Below are positions 25,793-35,708 of a DNA stretch of 64,000 bases, one piece after another. How positions within the stretch are numbered: the first letter of the stretch is position 1; each line of letters starts with the position of its first letter. A model generated the notes under the pieces. That model had not been told where the DNA came from. It saw nothing but the letters and a program-made list of their open reading frames with translations, and did no database searches. Source of the DNA: Alphaproteobacteria bacterium (GTDB lineage: Bacteria > Pseudomonadota > Alphaproteobacteria > Bin95); contig CBDBGH010000003.1 in assembly GCA_965205265.1 (NCBI GenBank), forward strand, positions 288,001-352,000, written 5' to 3'. A program made the translations under genes and the position numbers.

Positions 25793-28700
25793 CGGGTTAT
25801 GGCCTCCGGTCCGGGGTCTCGTCCGGTCAATACGACCTGCCTTTCATCCGCGCGCCCTGTCCCCGCGAGGCGCCGCAGGTCCTGCCCGACAGCCAGCATG
25901 GCGGGCACGACGAACAGGATGAGCAGGGTCGCCGTCGCCAGGCCGGCCACGATGGTGAGCGCCACGGGAATCAGGAACTGCGCCTGCAGGCTGGTCTCGA
26001 AACAGAGCGGCAGCAGGCCGCTGATGGTGGTGAGCGAGGTCAGGATCACCGCGCGCAGGCGGTCGCAGGCCCCGTCCTCTATGGCTTGCAGCGGCGGCTT
26101 GCCTTCCTGCTCGTGGTCCGCGATCGCCACGATGAGCACGATGGAGTCGTTGATGACGATGCCGGAGAGCCCGATCATGCCGATCATCGACAGGATGGTG
26201 AGGTCGAAGCCGGTGAAGAAGTGGCCGAGCGAGACGCCGATGAAGCCGAGCGGCACCACCGCCAGCACCGCCAGCGGCCGGCTGTAGCTGCCGAAGATCC
26301 AGGCGAGCACCAGGAACATGCCGGCCAGCCCGATGGCGGCGCCGACGCCCATGTCGGCGAAGGTCTCGGCCTGCTCCTCCGCCTTGCCGGCGAAACGCCA
26401 TTCGAGGCCGGCATCGCCGGCGATTTCGGCGATGCCGTCCCGCCGGAGCGCGGAGAGCACCACATTGTTTGTAGTGACGGTCTCGTCCACCTCGGCCGTC
26501 ACGGAGACCTCGCGCCGGCCCCGCTCGCGGCGGATGACGTCGTAGCCGCTGGAGGGCGTCACCGTCACCACCGCGCTCAGCGGCACCTCGGTCCCGTTCG
26601 GGCCGAACAGGTAGAGCGCGCCGAGCCCGCCCGGATTGTCCTTCTGCCGGACCCTGACCTCGACCTCCTCGTCGCCCCTGGCGAAGCGCAGCGCGGTGTC
26701 GCCCTCGAGCGCGCTGCGCAGCTGGCTGCCCGCCCGCGCGATGTCGAAGCCCATCGCCCGGCCCGCCGGCGTCACCCGAAGCTGCATTTCCCGGTTGCCG
26801 TAGGCAAGGTTGTCGCCGATGGCGCTCACGCCCGGATATGAGGCGAGAAGGGCCTTGACGCGGCCGGCCGCCGCCTTGAGGTCGTCGAGATTGTCGCCGG
26901 AAAGGCGCACATCGATTTCGCGTCCGGGCGGCCCGCCGGTCGCGGCGCGGATGGTCAGCGCATCGGCCCCGACAATCGGCCCGTTGCGCTCCCGCCATGC
27001 CTGCACGAAGGCTTCGGTGCGCACGTCGCGCTTGTCCGAATCCACGAGTTGGACGACCACCGCGCCCACCGTGTCGTCGCGCTGGCGGGGGCCGAAATTG
27101 CCCTGGCTGCGTTCGATGCCCTGGACGACCAGCGAGGTATGCACCAGGCCGGGGTCGCCGAAGTCCTCGGCGGTGGCGCGGGCGCTCCGCTCGATCCGAA
27201 GAAGCCGCTCGAGGGTCTCCTCGGCGGTCGTTCCCGGAACCATGCGGAGGTTCGCGAAGATGTTGTTCGGCTCGACCGACGGGAAAAAGGTGAAGCCGAT
27301 GCGCCCGCTGGCCGCAATGCCGAGGCTGACCAGGAAGAAGCCGACCGCCAGCGCCAGCACCAGGTAGCGGTGGACGAGCGCGCGCGCGACCGTGCGCCGG
27401 AACGGCCCTTCGCGGAACCGGCGGAAGCCTTCGTCGAACCCCCGGCGGAAGCGCGAGGCCCGGCCCTCCGCGGCGGCCGCGGTCGCAGCGAGCGAATGGC
27501 GCAGATGGCCGGGCAGCACCAGGAAGCACTCCACCAGGCTCGCCACCAGCGCCAGCACGACGATGATCGGGATTTCCCGGATGATCTGCCCGATCACGCC
27601 GCCGATCAGAATGAGCGGCAGGAAAGCGGCGATGGTGGTGAGGCTGGAGGAGAACACCGGGCCCGCCATGCGCCGCGCGCCTTTCACCGCCGCCTCCAGG
27701 GGGCCGTCGCCCCGGCGCGCGCGCGTCTCGGCATGTTCGGCCACGACGATGGCGTCGTCCACGACCAGGCCGATGGCCAGGATGGTCCCGAACAGGATGA
27801 CCATGTTGATCGCGTGGCCCAGCGCCCAGGCGAGCGCCATGGCGGCGAGCAGGGCGGCGGGAATGCCGGCGGCCACCCACATCGCCGTGCGCGCGTTCAG
27901 GAAGACGAACAGCACGACCAGCACGATGACCAGGCCGCCGATGCCGTTGCGGACCAGCAGGTCGATGCGCTGGTCGATCAGCTCCGCCGCGGCGTCGTAG
28001 CGGTGGACCGCGACTCCCGGCGGCAGGGTCGGCACGAAACCGTCGAGGAACCGGTCGGCCGCCTCGGCCGTTTCCAGCGCATCGGCCGTCGTCGCCCGCT
28101 TGACGATGAGCTCGACCGCCGGGCGGCCGTCGAACCAGACCCGCGGCTGGTCCTCGTTCCAGGCTTCGCTGACCTCCGCAATTTCGCCCACCGTCAGCCG
28201 GCGCCCGTCCGGAAATGCCCGGACCTCGACGGCGGCGACTTCCTCGGCCGTCCGGGCGAGGCCGAGCGAACGCACCCGGGAGACCGAGCGCCCGCCCGTG
28301 TCGCCGCCCGGTATGTCGCGCGAGGCGCCCGCAATGCGGCTCGATATTTCCGATATCGGCAGGTCGAGGGCCAGCAGGTCCTGCTGGTCCGCCTCGACCA
28401 GGATCCATTCGTCGCGCGCGCCGACCATCTCCACTTCATCGACGCCGGCGCGGATCAGCCCGTCGCGTATCTGGGTCGCCCATGCCTTGAGCGTGCGCTC
28501 CGGCAGATCTCCGGCGAGCACGATGCGCAAGAGGTTCTCGTAGCGCACCACGCGCCGTATCCAGGGCGCCTCGCTGTCCTCGGGCAGGGTCGCGACGCGG
28601 GACACGGCCGCTTCCACATCAGCCAGCGCCGCCTGCATGTCCGTCCCGGCCTCGAAATCGACCCTTACGGTGGCGTGGCCCTCCTGGGAGTTGGAGATCA

Positions 28701-28932
28701 CCGCCTTCACGCGGTCGAGGAAGCGGACTTCCGGCTCGATCGCCTGGACGATGGCGTTGTCCACATCCTCCGCGCCGGCTCCCGGCCATGTCACGGTGAC
28801 GAGGACCGTGTCGATGCCGAAATCGGGGAAGAACTGCTTGTTCATCCGTCCGAGCGCCAGCAGCCCGACCACCAGCATCGCCGCCATCACCAGGTTCGCC
28901 GCCGTCGGGTGGCGCGCGAAAAGCGCGATCAT
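25789..28932 (-). CDS. RND efflux transporter permease (AcrB/AcrD/AcrF family)
   Basis: 1047 aa; GLVVDDAIVVAE, GIVINDSIVL and RLRAVILTSLTT. Confidence 0.93.
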   Translation of the reverse strand: MIALFARHPTAANLVMAAMLVVGLLALGRMNKQFFPDFGIDTVLVTVTWPGAGAEDVDNAIVQAIEPEVRFLDRVKAVISNSQEGHATVRVDFEAGTDMQAALADVEAAVSRVATLPEDSEAPWIRRVVRYENLLRIVLAGDLPERTLKAWATQIRDGLIRAGVDEVEMVGARDEWILVEADQQDLLALDLPISEISSRIAGASRDIPGGDTGGRSVSRVRSLGLARTAEEVAAVEVRAFPDGRRLTVGEIAEVSEAWNEDQPRVWFDGRPAVELIVKRATTADALETAEAADRFLDGFVPTLPPGVAVHRYDAAAELIDQRIDLLVRNGIGGLVIVLVVLFVFLNARTAMWVAAGIPAALLAAMALAWALGHAINMVILFGTILAIGLVVDDAIVVAEHAETRARRGDGPLEAAVKGARRMAGPVFSSSLTTIAAFLPLILIGGVIGQIIREIPIIVVLALVASLVECFLVLPGHLRHSLAATAAAAEGRASRFRRGFDEGFRRFREGPFRRTVARALVHRYLVLALAVGFFLVSLGIAASGRIGFTFFPSVEPNNIFANLRMVPGTTAEETLERLLRIERSARATAEDFGDPGLVHTSLVVQGIERSQGNFGPRQRDDTVGAVVVQLVDSDKRDVRTEAFVQAWRERNGPIVGADALTIRAATGGPPGREIDVRLSGDNLDDLKAAAGRVKALLASYPGVSAIGDNLAYGNREMQLRVTPAGRAMGFDIARAGSQLRSALEGDTALRFARGDEEVEVRVRQKDNPGGLGALYLFGPNGTEVPLSAVVTVTPSSGYDVIRRERGRREVSVTAEVDETVTTNNVVLSALRRDGIAEIAGDAGLEWRFAGKAEEQAETFADMGVGAAIGLAGMFLVLAWIFGSYSRPLAVLAVVPLGFIGVSLGHFFTGFDLTILSMIGMIGLSGIVINDSIVLIVAIADHEQEGKPPLQAIEDGACDRLRAVILTSLTTISGLLPLCFETSLQAQFLIPVALTIVAGLATATLLILFVVPAMLAVGQDLRRLAGTGRADERQVVLTGRDPGPEAITR

Positions 28933-28955
28933 GGCCGGGGGCCCGCCAATGCTGC

Positions 28956-29165
28956 TGTCATCCCGGCCACTCTATCTGTCACCCCGGCCCCCGAGCCGGA
29001 GTCCAGCACCGCCTCCGGAGCCTGGCAACGCGCTGTTAGTCTGGACCCCGGATCGTCGCTGACGCGCCGTCCGGGGTGACAAGTGGGGGCTGTGCGCCGT
29101 CCGGGGCGACAAGGGCGGGCACGCTCCGTCCGGGGTGGCAAATGAGACACTGTGTCGGGTGACAA
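28956..29165. repeat. RPE-like palindrome with tandemly reiterated arms
   Basis: Left arms TGTCA(T/C)CCCGGCC at 28956 and 28977; right arms (C)GTC(C)GGG(G)(T/C)G(A/G)CAA at about 29064, 29094, 29124 and 29152 (~30-bp period). Confidence 0.75.
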
Positions 29166-29212
29166 ATAGGAGCGGCGGCCCGACAAGGCCCCGGCATGCG
29201 CCTGTCCCGCGG

Positions 29213-30535
29213 TCAAGGGACGGTGACCTTGACGCCGGGGGCGATTTCGGGGAAGCGCGTCAGCACGATGCGTTGGCCGTCCTCGAGCGGTCCCTGCACC
29301 AGCAGGCTTTCGCCCTCGCGCGCGCGGACGCTCACGCGCACGGCCTCCAGCCGGTCGTCCGCGCCGATGCGATAGACCCGCTCGCCGTCGAACACCGCGG
29401 CGGCGGGCAGGCGCACCGCGTCCTGCATTTCCGGTCCTTCCAGAAACACCTCGACGAAGGCGCCGGCGCGCAGCCGCGTGCTCTCCGGCAGGGCGTCGAG
29501 GCTGGCGAAGGCGGCGATGCCGCCGCTGGCGGCGTCGATCTCGCCTTCCAGCCGCGCGATCCGGGCGGGGAAGCGGCGGACGGCGGCGCCGGTGCGCCAG
29601 ACCGCCTCCAGCCGGCGGCCGACCGCGCCGTCCCCGCCATCCAGCTCGCCGAAGACGTCGTTCGGGATCGTCACGCCGATTTCGAGCCGCGAGGCATCGA
29701 CGAGGCGGGCCACGCGCTCGGCCGTGCCCACCTGCTTGCCGACCTCGACGCCGAGATCGACCAGCCAGCCGGCAAAGGGCGCCGTCAGCCGCGTTTCGGC
29801 CAGGTCGCGCTCCGCGCGGCCGAGCGCCGCCTCGGCGCGCCGGATCGCCGCCTGCTGGCGCTCGACGCGGGCCGTGAAGCGCGCGACGGCGTTCTGCCTC
29901 TGGCTGGAGGTCTGCTGCTGGCGGCTGAGCGCGAGCTCCCCGTCATCGAGGGCCTTCTGGGAAATGGCGCCGCGCCGGCGGAGCTGGCGCCTGCGGTCGG
30001 TTTCGCGCCGCAGCAGGTCGAGCTGGCGGCGGTCTTCGCCCAGCTGGTCGCGCGCGCCGGCGAGGTCGGCCTCGATCTCCCGCAGGGTTGCGCGGGCTTC
30101 AGCGAGCTCGGCGGTCCGGAGCGCGAGCGCCGTTTCGAAGTTGAACGGGTCGATGGCGACCAGCAGATCGCCCTCGGCGACATAGCCGCCCTCGCGGAAG
30201 TCCCGACCGACGGCCGCGACGCGACCGGCGACGAGCGGGCGGAGGTCCACCGACCGCCCGGCGACGGCCTGGCCGAACAGGGGAATGCGCGGCCGGGTCG
30301 TCTCCAGCATGACGGTCGCGGCCTCGACCGCCCAGACGCGCTCGCCCGGCGCTTCGGGCAGGATGGCCGTGCGCGTCGCCATCATCGCCAGGAACGCCGC
30401 GATCCCCGCCCCCAGCACCAGCAGGGGCAGGATCGCGCGGCGCAAACGCCGGAGCCTCCGGCGCGGCTGACGGCCGGTCCCTTCGGTCAGCGCCCCGGAC
30501 TCGGCGGGGACGATCTCTGCATCGCGCGGATTCAC
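29213..30535 (-). CDS. RND efflux membrane fusion (periplasmic adaptor) protein
   Basis: N-terminal TM segment, long coiled coil, TRLTAPFAG; upstream of the RND permease. Confidence 0.9.
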   Translation of the reverse strand: MNPRDAEIVPAESGALTEGTGRQPRRRLRRLRRAILPLLVLGAGIAAFLAMMATRTAILPEAPGERVWAVEAATVMLETTRPRIPLFGQAVAGRSVDLRPLVAGRVAAVGRDFREGGYVAEGDLLVAIDPFNFETALALRTAELAEARATLREIEADLAGARDQLGEDRRQLDLLRRETDRRRQLRRRGAISQKALDDGELALSRQQQTSSQRQNAVARFTARVERQQAAIRRAEAALGRAERDLAETRLTAPFAGWLVDLGVEVGKQVGTAERVARLVDASRLEIGVTIPNDVFGELDGGDGAVGRRLEAVWRTGAAVRRFPARIARLEGEIDAASGGIAAFASLDALPESTRLRAGAFVEVFLEGPEMQDAVRLPAAAVFDGERVYRIGADDRLEAVRVSVRAREGESLLVQGPLEDGQRIVLTRFPEIAPGVKVTVP

Positions 30536-30785
30536 GGCGCGCCCAGAATACTCCGCCCGCCCCCACCCGTTCCACTTCTATTTCCCGTTCCTGTCCCGCC
30601 GGGCACGGCGTGCGGGGCGATACGGCCCGTTTCGGCGGATGCGGCGACAGTGCCCATGAGGAAGCCGGTCCTGCTTGCAGACGGCGCAAGCCTGCCGCCC
30701 GAGGGTAACGGACGTTTTTCAGCCGAAGGCGATTTTGTGACGAAAGGTAACGCCCGCCCGCGCCGGGCGCCGGCCCGCGCGCGGC

Positions 30786-31268
30786 TCAGTTCAGGTGGCG
30801 GGGCAGGCTTTCGACCGATTCGGCGACCAATGCGTCGGCGCGGGGCTTGTCCAGATGGCGTTCGATCAGGGTGCGGGCCGCCGCGGCCGACAACCGGACG
30901 GCATGGGCGCGCACATCTGCAAGCGCTTCCTGCTCGGCCTGGGCGATCTTGGCGAGCGCCTGCTGCTCGCGGCGCCTCAGCGCCTCTTCGAGCGCGCCTG
31001 CCGCTTCTTCCGCCATGCGCGCCGCCTCCTCGCGCGCATGGGCGAGCACGGCTTGCGCTTCCTCTTCCGCGCCCTGCTGCTTCCGCCTGTAGTCGGCGAG
31101 CATGGCCTGAGCCTCCTCGCGAAGCGCCGCCGCATCGTCGAGGGACGCCTTGATCCCGGCCGCCCGGTCGTCGAGCGCCTTGGTCGCCATACGCCAGACG
31201 ACGCGTGCGATGGCCGCGACAAAGATGACGAAGCCGACCGCAGTCCAGAATGTCGGATCGGAGAACAT
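30786..31268 (-). CDS. atpF: F0F1 ATP synthase subunit b
   Basis: DPTFWTAVGFVIF TM segment plus Ala/Glu coiled coil; operon position. Confidence 0.92.
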   Translation of the reverse strand: MFSDPTFWTAVGFVIFVAAIARVVWRMATKALDDRAAGIKASLDDAAALREEAQAMLADYRRKQQGAEEEAQAVLAHAREEAARMAEEAAGALEEALRRREQQALAKIAQAEQEALADVRAHAVRLSAAAARTLIERHLDKPRADALVAESVESLPRHLN

Positions 31269-31753
31269 CACCCGCCTGCCTGCCGGGCGGCACTGGCGGC
31301 TTCGTCCGCATCGACATCGACGCCGATCAGCCGGGCCGTCATCGCCTGGGCCACCTCGCCCGCCGCCGCCTCGATGCCGGCAAGGGCCTCGCGGCGCGCT
31401 TCGGCGATCCGGGCCTCGGCCGCGGCGGCGTCGGCGGCAAGGCGCTCGCCCAATGCCGCATTGCGGGCCGCCGCCTCTGCGGCCGCCGCCTCCTGCTGCT
31501 CGCGGATGAGCTGCCGCGCCTCGGCCCGCGCATCCGCCTGCGCCTGCTCATAGGCGCGCAGCACGCCCTCGGCCTCGTCGCGCAGCGCCGCAGCCCGGGC
31601 GAGATCGTCGTCGATCCGCTCCCGGCGCTCCTGCAGGATGTCCTGCACGCGCGGCAGGGCGACCCGGAGCATCGTGACGAGCAGGACGGCGAAGATGACC
31701 GCGAGCCAGAAAATCTGGCTCGGGAAGGTGGAGATCTGCTCCAGTTGCGGCAT
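31268..31753 (-). CDS. atpF2: F0F1 ATP synthase subunit b'
   Basis: MPQL...FPSQIFWL alphaproteobacterial b' signature. Confidence 0.92.
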   Translation of the reverse strand: MPQLEQISTFPSQIFWLAVIFAVLLVTMLRVALPRVQDILQERRERIDDDLARAAALRDEAEGVLRAYEQAQADARAEARQLIREQQEAAAAEAAARNAALGERLAADAAAAEARIAEARREALAGIEAAAGEVAQAMTARLIGVDVDADEAASAARQAGG

Positions 31754-31776
31754 GGGCGGGCGCGGGGTGCGCGGCC

Positions 31777-32001
31777 TTAGCCGAACAGGATGACGAGCGC
31801 CACGACGAGCGCGAACAGCGCGATGGCCTCGACGAGCGCGAAGCCCAGCATGGTCATCGGAAAGACTTCGCCCCGCGCCGACGGGTTACGCCCGACGGCC
31901 TGGATGAAGGAAGCGAAAATATTGCCGATGCCGATACCGGCGCCGATGACGCCGATGACGGCAAGACCTGCGCCGATGACTTTGGCGGCCTCAAGTTCCA
32001 T
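31777..32001 (-). CDS. atpE: F0F1 ATP synthase subunit c
   Basis: GAGIGIG, RNP loop, conserved Glu in FALVEA. Confidence 0.96.
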   Translation of the reverse strand: MELEAAKVIGAGLAVIGVIGAGIGIGNIFASFIQAVGRNPSARGEVFPMTMLGFALVEAIALFALVVALVILFG

Positions 32002-32036
32002 GGATTGGTTCCTTCTTCGCGTGGGCGGAAAGCCGG

Positions 32037-32771
32037 TTAGTGGAGGTGAAGCGCGTCGTTGATGTAGAGGCAGGTGAGGATCGCGAACACATAGGCCTGG
32101 AGGAACGCGATGACGATCTCAAGCCCCGTCAGCGCCGAAACGAAGGCGAGCGGCAGGATGCCCGCGACGCCCAGCGCCGGCACGAAACCGGCGAAGACCT
32201 TGAGCAGGGTGTGACCGGCCAGCATGTTGGCGAAGAGGCGCACGGAGAGGCTGATCGGCCGGGAGAGGTAGGAGATGATCTCGATCGGGATCAGCAGCGG
32301 CCACATGAGAACCGAGACGCCGGGCGGCACGAAGAAGCTGAAGAAATGCAGCCCGTGCTTGATGAAGCCCAGCACGGTGACGCCGACGAAGACCACGGCC
32401 GCCATCGCGAAGGTGACCGCGATGTGGCTGGTGAAGGTGAAGCTGTAAGGGATCATCCCGGCGAGATTGCCGAACAGGATGAACATGAACAGCGTGAAGA
32501 TGAGCGGGAAGTATTTCCGGCCTTCGTCGCCCACGGTGTCGCGCACCATGCCGGCTATGAACTCGTAAGAGAGCTCGGCGATCGACTGCAGCCGGCCCGG
32601 CACGAGCGCGCGCCTGCGCGTGCCCCCGACCATCACCGCGATCACGCCGGCGGCGGCGACCGCCATCCATACGGTCGAATTGGTGATATCGAGATCGATC
32701 CCGGCCACGGGGATATCGACCAGCTCCCTGATCCGGAACTGCTCCAGCGGACCGTGCGCGTCTCCCGCCAC
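32037..32771 (-). CDS. atpB: F0F1 ATP synthase subunit a
   Basis: SLSVRLFANMLAGH and LQAYVFAIL motifs. Confidence 0.96.
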   Translation of the reverse strand: MAGDAHGPLEQFRIRELVDIPVAGIDLDITNSTVWMAVAAAGVIAVMVGGTRRRALVPGRLQSIAELSYEFIAGMVRDTVGDEGRKYFPLIFTLFMFILFGNLAGMIPYSFTFTSHIAVTFAMAAVVFVGVTVLGFIKHGLHFFSFFVPPGVSVLMWPLLIPIEIISYLSRPISLSVRLFANMLAGHTLLKVFAGFVPALGVAGILPLAFVSALTGLEIVIAFLQAYVFAILTCLYINDALHLH

Positions 32772-32849
32772 CCGGAGTCCCCCTCTAGCCTTCCTCTTCG
32801 TCCCGCGGACGCCCGTTCCGGCGCCAGCCGGGCGCGGCGTCCATGCCGC

Positions 32850-33131
32850 TCATATACCGGTATACCGGTACACGTTCATCACGCCGGCCGCCGCCCCGAG
32901 CACGAAAAAGACCACCATCAACCAGGGCGCCGTATCGAGCCAACGGTCCAGTCCCCAGCCGATGGCCGCGCCGACACCCAGCGCCGCCACCAGTTCGACT
33001 CCGATCCGCATGGCCGCGCCCAGCCCCTCCTTCGGGGCCGCCTTGGGCGCCGCGCTTTCCCTGCGGCGCCGGGCATCGGCGAGTCTGTCGGAGAAATCGT
33101 GAAGGGGGCCGTTCCTGTCGTCTTCGCCCAT
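32850..33131 (-). CDS. atpI: AtpZ/AtpI family ATP synthase protein
   Basis: GWGLDRWLDTAPW...LGAAAGVMNV; first gene of the F0 operon. Confidence 0.88.
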   Translation of the reverse strand: MGEDDRNGPLHDFSDRLADARRRRESAAPKAAPKEGLGAAMRIGVELVAALGVGAAIGWGLDRWLDTAPWLMVVFFVLGAAAGVMNVYRYTGI

Positions 33132-33294
33132 TTTCGCCACGAAACGCCGTCCGGCGCGAAGCCCGCGCCGAAAGCGCCCGGACACTAGGAGCGCCCGGCC
33201 CCCGCTGTCAAGGAACCGCAGGGCCGGACAAGCTGTTGATACCGTTCCCGAATTCGCCTCGATTCGGGATATGCGACAGTATGTATCGCGCCCG

Positions 33295-34998
33295 TCAGCC
33301 GTCGGAAAGCACGGTATCGGAGATGCGCTCGGCCATCATGATGGTCGGGATGTTGGTGTTGGCGCAGGGCACGGACGGCATGATCGAGGCGTCCACCACC
33401 CGGAGCCCGGCGAGCCCGCGCACCCGGCCCTGCTCGTCGGTGACCGCCATCGGGTCGTCGTCGCCGCCCATGCGGTTGGTGCAGGAGGCGTGCCAGACGC
33501 CGACGGCCGTGGCGCGCACGAAGCCCTCCAGCGCCCTGTCGTCCTCCAGCAGGTCGCGCAGGCGCAGCCCGCCGGTAATCAGCCGGTCGATCAGCATGCC
33601 GCGCATGCCGCCGGCCATGTCCAGCACGCCGCCCACCGCCCTGGAAATCATCTCGTTGCGCTTGGTCACACGCCCGATGGCGCGCACCTTCTCGCTGTAG
33701 GAGGACGGGAAGGTGTGGCCGGCGACGCGCGCCACGGCCGGGTGCAGGTTGATGGTGGACGCGCGCAGGAAGGCATCCTTGAGCCGGTCGAGGTCCCGCT
33801 CGTCCGAGAGCAGGTTGAACTCGACTTCCGGCTCGTCCCGCCAGTCCTTCGACGCCAGGCGGACTTCGCCCGTCGAATAGGACTTGTTGACGAAGACCAG
33901 CAGCGAGCCGAGCCGCTCGCCGATGGCGTGCCAGCCGGACTTCGACACCTGGACGATGAACATGTCCCCCTGCGGCGCGTCGTGCAGGCCCGAGGAATAG
34001 CGCGCGCCGACATGGATGTGACGGGCGTCCTTGCGCGTCATCCGCGCCTCGTCCGGAAGCCAGGTGGAGCAGGCGACCGAGGGATGGTCCATCAGGTTCT
34101 GCCCGACGCCGGGCAGGTGGTGGCGGACCTCGATGCCCATGTCGGCCAGATGGCCGGCCGGGCCGATGCCGGAGCGGAGCAGGTGCGCGGGCGAATGCAC
34201 CGCGCCGCAGCACAGCACGACCTCGCCGGCCATGAAGGTCTCCGACTTGCCGCGCCGCTCGGCCCTGACGCCAACCGCGCGCAGGCCGTCGAACAGGATC
34301 TCGCTCACCTGGGTCTCGGCGCGGATTTCCAGGTTCTCGCGCAGCCGCGTCGGCGGGTCGAGATAGCCGATGGCCGTCGAGACCCTGCGGTCGTAGAGGT
34401 TCGACACCGTAACCGGGAAATGCCCGTCCTCGAAAACGCCGTTCTGGTCTGTGAGATAGGAGTAGCCGAGCTCGGTCATCGCCTCCGCCACGGCTCTGGC
34501 GTAGGGCGTCCATTCCTGCTGGTAGATGCGCCGGATCGGGATGCGCCCGTCGCTGCCGTGCAGCTCGCCGCCGAAGTCCATGTCGCGTTCGAGCTTGCGG
34601 AAAAAGGGCAGGCAGGCTTCCCAGCTCCAGCCCTTCGCGCCCTGGCGCCCCCAGTCGTCATAGTCGTTCGGCGCGCCCCGGTTGGCCATCTGCCCGTTGA
34701 TCGAGGACCCGCCGCCCATGATCCGCGCCTGCTCGTAATTGCGCAGCTCCGGCTTCTCGCTGTCGGGCAGGTTCTTGTTGACCGGCTGGAGCCGCACCCG
34801 GAGCCGGTTCCAGGTGTAGTCCGGGTTGAAATAGGCCGTGCCGGGATAGCTCGAATGGATGTCGGGCGGAATCGCGCCGTGGGGCGTGTCGATGCCCGCC
34901 TCCAGCAACAGGACCCTGTTGGCGCTCCGGGCCGAAAGCCGGTTCGCCATGACCGAGCCGGCGGACCCGCCGCCGACGATGATGTAGTCGTACTGCAT
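33295..34998 (-). CDS. GMC family oxidoreductase (HMFO/HmfH-like clade)
   Basis: YDYIIVGGGSAG, EAGIDTP, YEQARIMGGGSSING, GVWHASCT, NTNIPT. Confidence 0.88.
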   Translation of the reverse strand: MQYDYIIVGGGSAGSVMANRLSARSANRVLLLEAGIDTPHGAIPPDIHSSYPGTAYFNPDYTWNRLRVRLQPVNKNLPDSEKPELRNYEQARIMGGGSSINGQMANRGAPNDYDDWGRQGAKGWSWEACLPFFRKLERDMDFGGELHGSDGRIPIRRIYQQEWTPYARAVAEAMTELGYSYLTDQNGVFEDGHFPVTVSNLYDRRVSTAIGYLDPPTRLRENLEIRAETQVSEILFDGLRAVGVRAERRGKSETFMAGEVVLCCGAVHSPAHLLRSGIGPAGHLADMGIEVRHHLPGVGQNLMDHPSVACSTWLPDEARMTRKDARHIHVGARYSSGLHDAPQGDMFIVQVSKSGWHAIGERLGSLLVFVNKSYSTGEVRLASKDWRDEPEVEFNLLSDERDLDRLKDAFLRASTINLHPAVARVAGHTFPSSYSEKVRAIGRVTKRNEMISRAVGGVLDMAGGMRGMLIDRLITGGLRLRDLLEDDRALEGFVRATAVGVWHASCTNRMGGDDDPMAVTDEQGRVRGLAGLRVVDASIMPSVPCANTNIPTIMMAERISDTVLSDG

Positions 34999-35045
34999 CG
35001 CAAGCCTCCCGGGCGCCATTGTTCCAAGCGGATGCGGAAATGGGA

Positions 35046-35120
35046 AGGCTTCACGATATGGGAAGCCTGTTGACATGCGGGGGCGGAAATACAACACTCA
35101 GGTAAGTAAGAACTTATTGA
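35046..35120 (+). promoter_or_regulatory. Putative promoter and operator palindromes of the toxin-antitoxin operon
   Basis: TTGACA(35070)-N17-AACACT; inverted repeats AGGCTTC-N9-GAAGCCT (35046-35068) and TAAGT-AAGA-ACTTA (~35103-35116). Confidence 0.45.
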
Positions 35121-35133
35121 GCGTGGTGAGCCG

Positions 35134-35703
35134 ATGGCAACGGACCGGGAACGGTTGATGAGGAAAGCGGCGGCGCGCGGCAAATATGCGCCGCTTTACA
35201 GGCATCTGCTGTCGCTCCGGCCGGAAACCGAGTGGCGGGCCGGTTTCGGCGAGGTCGAGCGGATACTGGGCTTCCGCCTGCCCGATTCGGCCCGGCTTCA
35301 CCGGCCGTGGTGGGCGAATTCCCGCAAGGGAAGCGGCCATTCCCATGCGCTTGCATGGCAGGCGGCCGGCTGGCGGACGGCGCGGGTCGATCTGGAGGCC
35401 GAGACGCTGGTGTTCGAGAGAGAGGCGGAAGCGCCGGCGGACACCGGGGCTATCCGCTACGGAGAGGGAGACGACGATATGTCCTGGCTTGGAGAGGGCC
35501 TTCGGGAAGGTCCGGCGACAATGGGGTTGCCGGTGCAGCGGCGCGCGCGGCGCCCCGGGCGGGACTTCAACCTCGACCGCGATTTCCCGCCATGGAACGG
35601 TGGGCCCTGGCCGGAAGGCTTCACGGTGAGCCGTGAGCAGATATACGACGATATGGGCCGGTTGACCGGTGGTCCGGAGGGCGAATCCGGGTCCGACGGC
35701 TGA
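35134..35703 (+). CDS. Putative antitoxin: N-terminal KY.PL/WWAN domain (DUF7662-like) plus VapB-like C-terminal tail
   Basis: GKYAPLYRHL...GFRLPDSA...WWAN...AWQAAGW; C-terminal SREQIYDD; ends 5 bp upstream of the PIN gene. Confidence 0.6.
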   Translation: MATDRERLMRKAAARGKYAPLYRHLLSLRPETEWRAGFGEVERILGFRLPDSARLHRPWWANSRKGSGHSHALAWQAAGWRTARVDLEAETLVFEREAEAPADTGAIRYGEGDDDMSWLGEGLREGPATMGLPVQRRARRPGRDFNLDRDFPPWNGGPWPEGFTVSREQIYDDMGRLTGGPEGESGSDG

Positions 35704-35708
35704 GCCGC

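Noticed and set aside
29064-29165. Short repeats at a ~30-bp period as a possible CRISPR array
   Set aside because: Units are about 15-19 bp and degenerate with ~12-bp spacers, match RPE palindrome arms, and no cas genes are nearby
30786-33131. F0 genes without F1 genes
   Set aside because: Split atp operons are normal in Alphaproteobacteria
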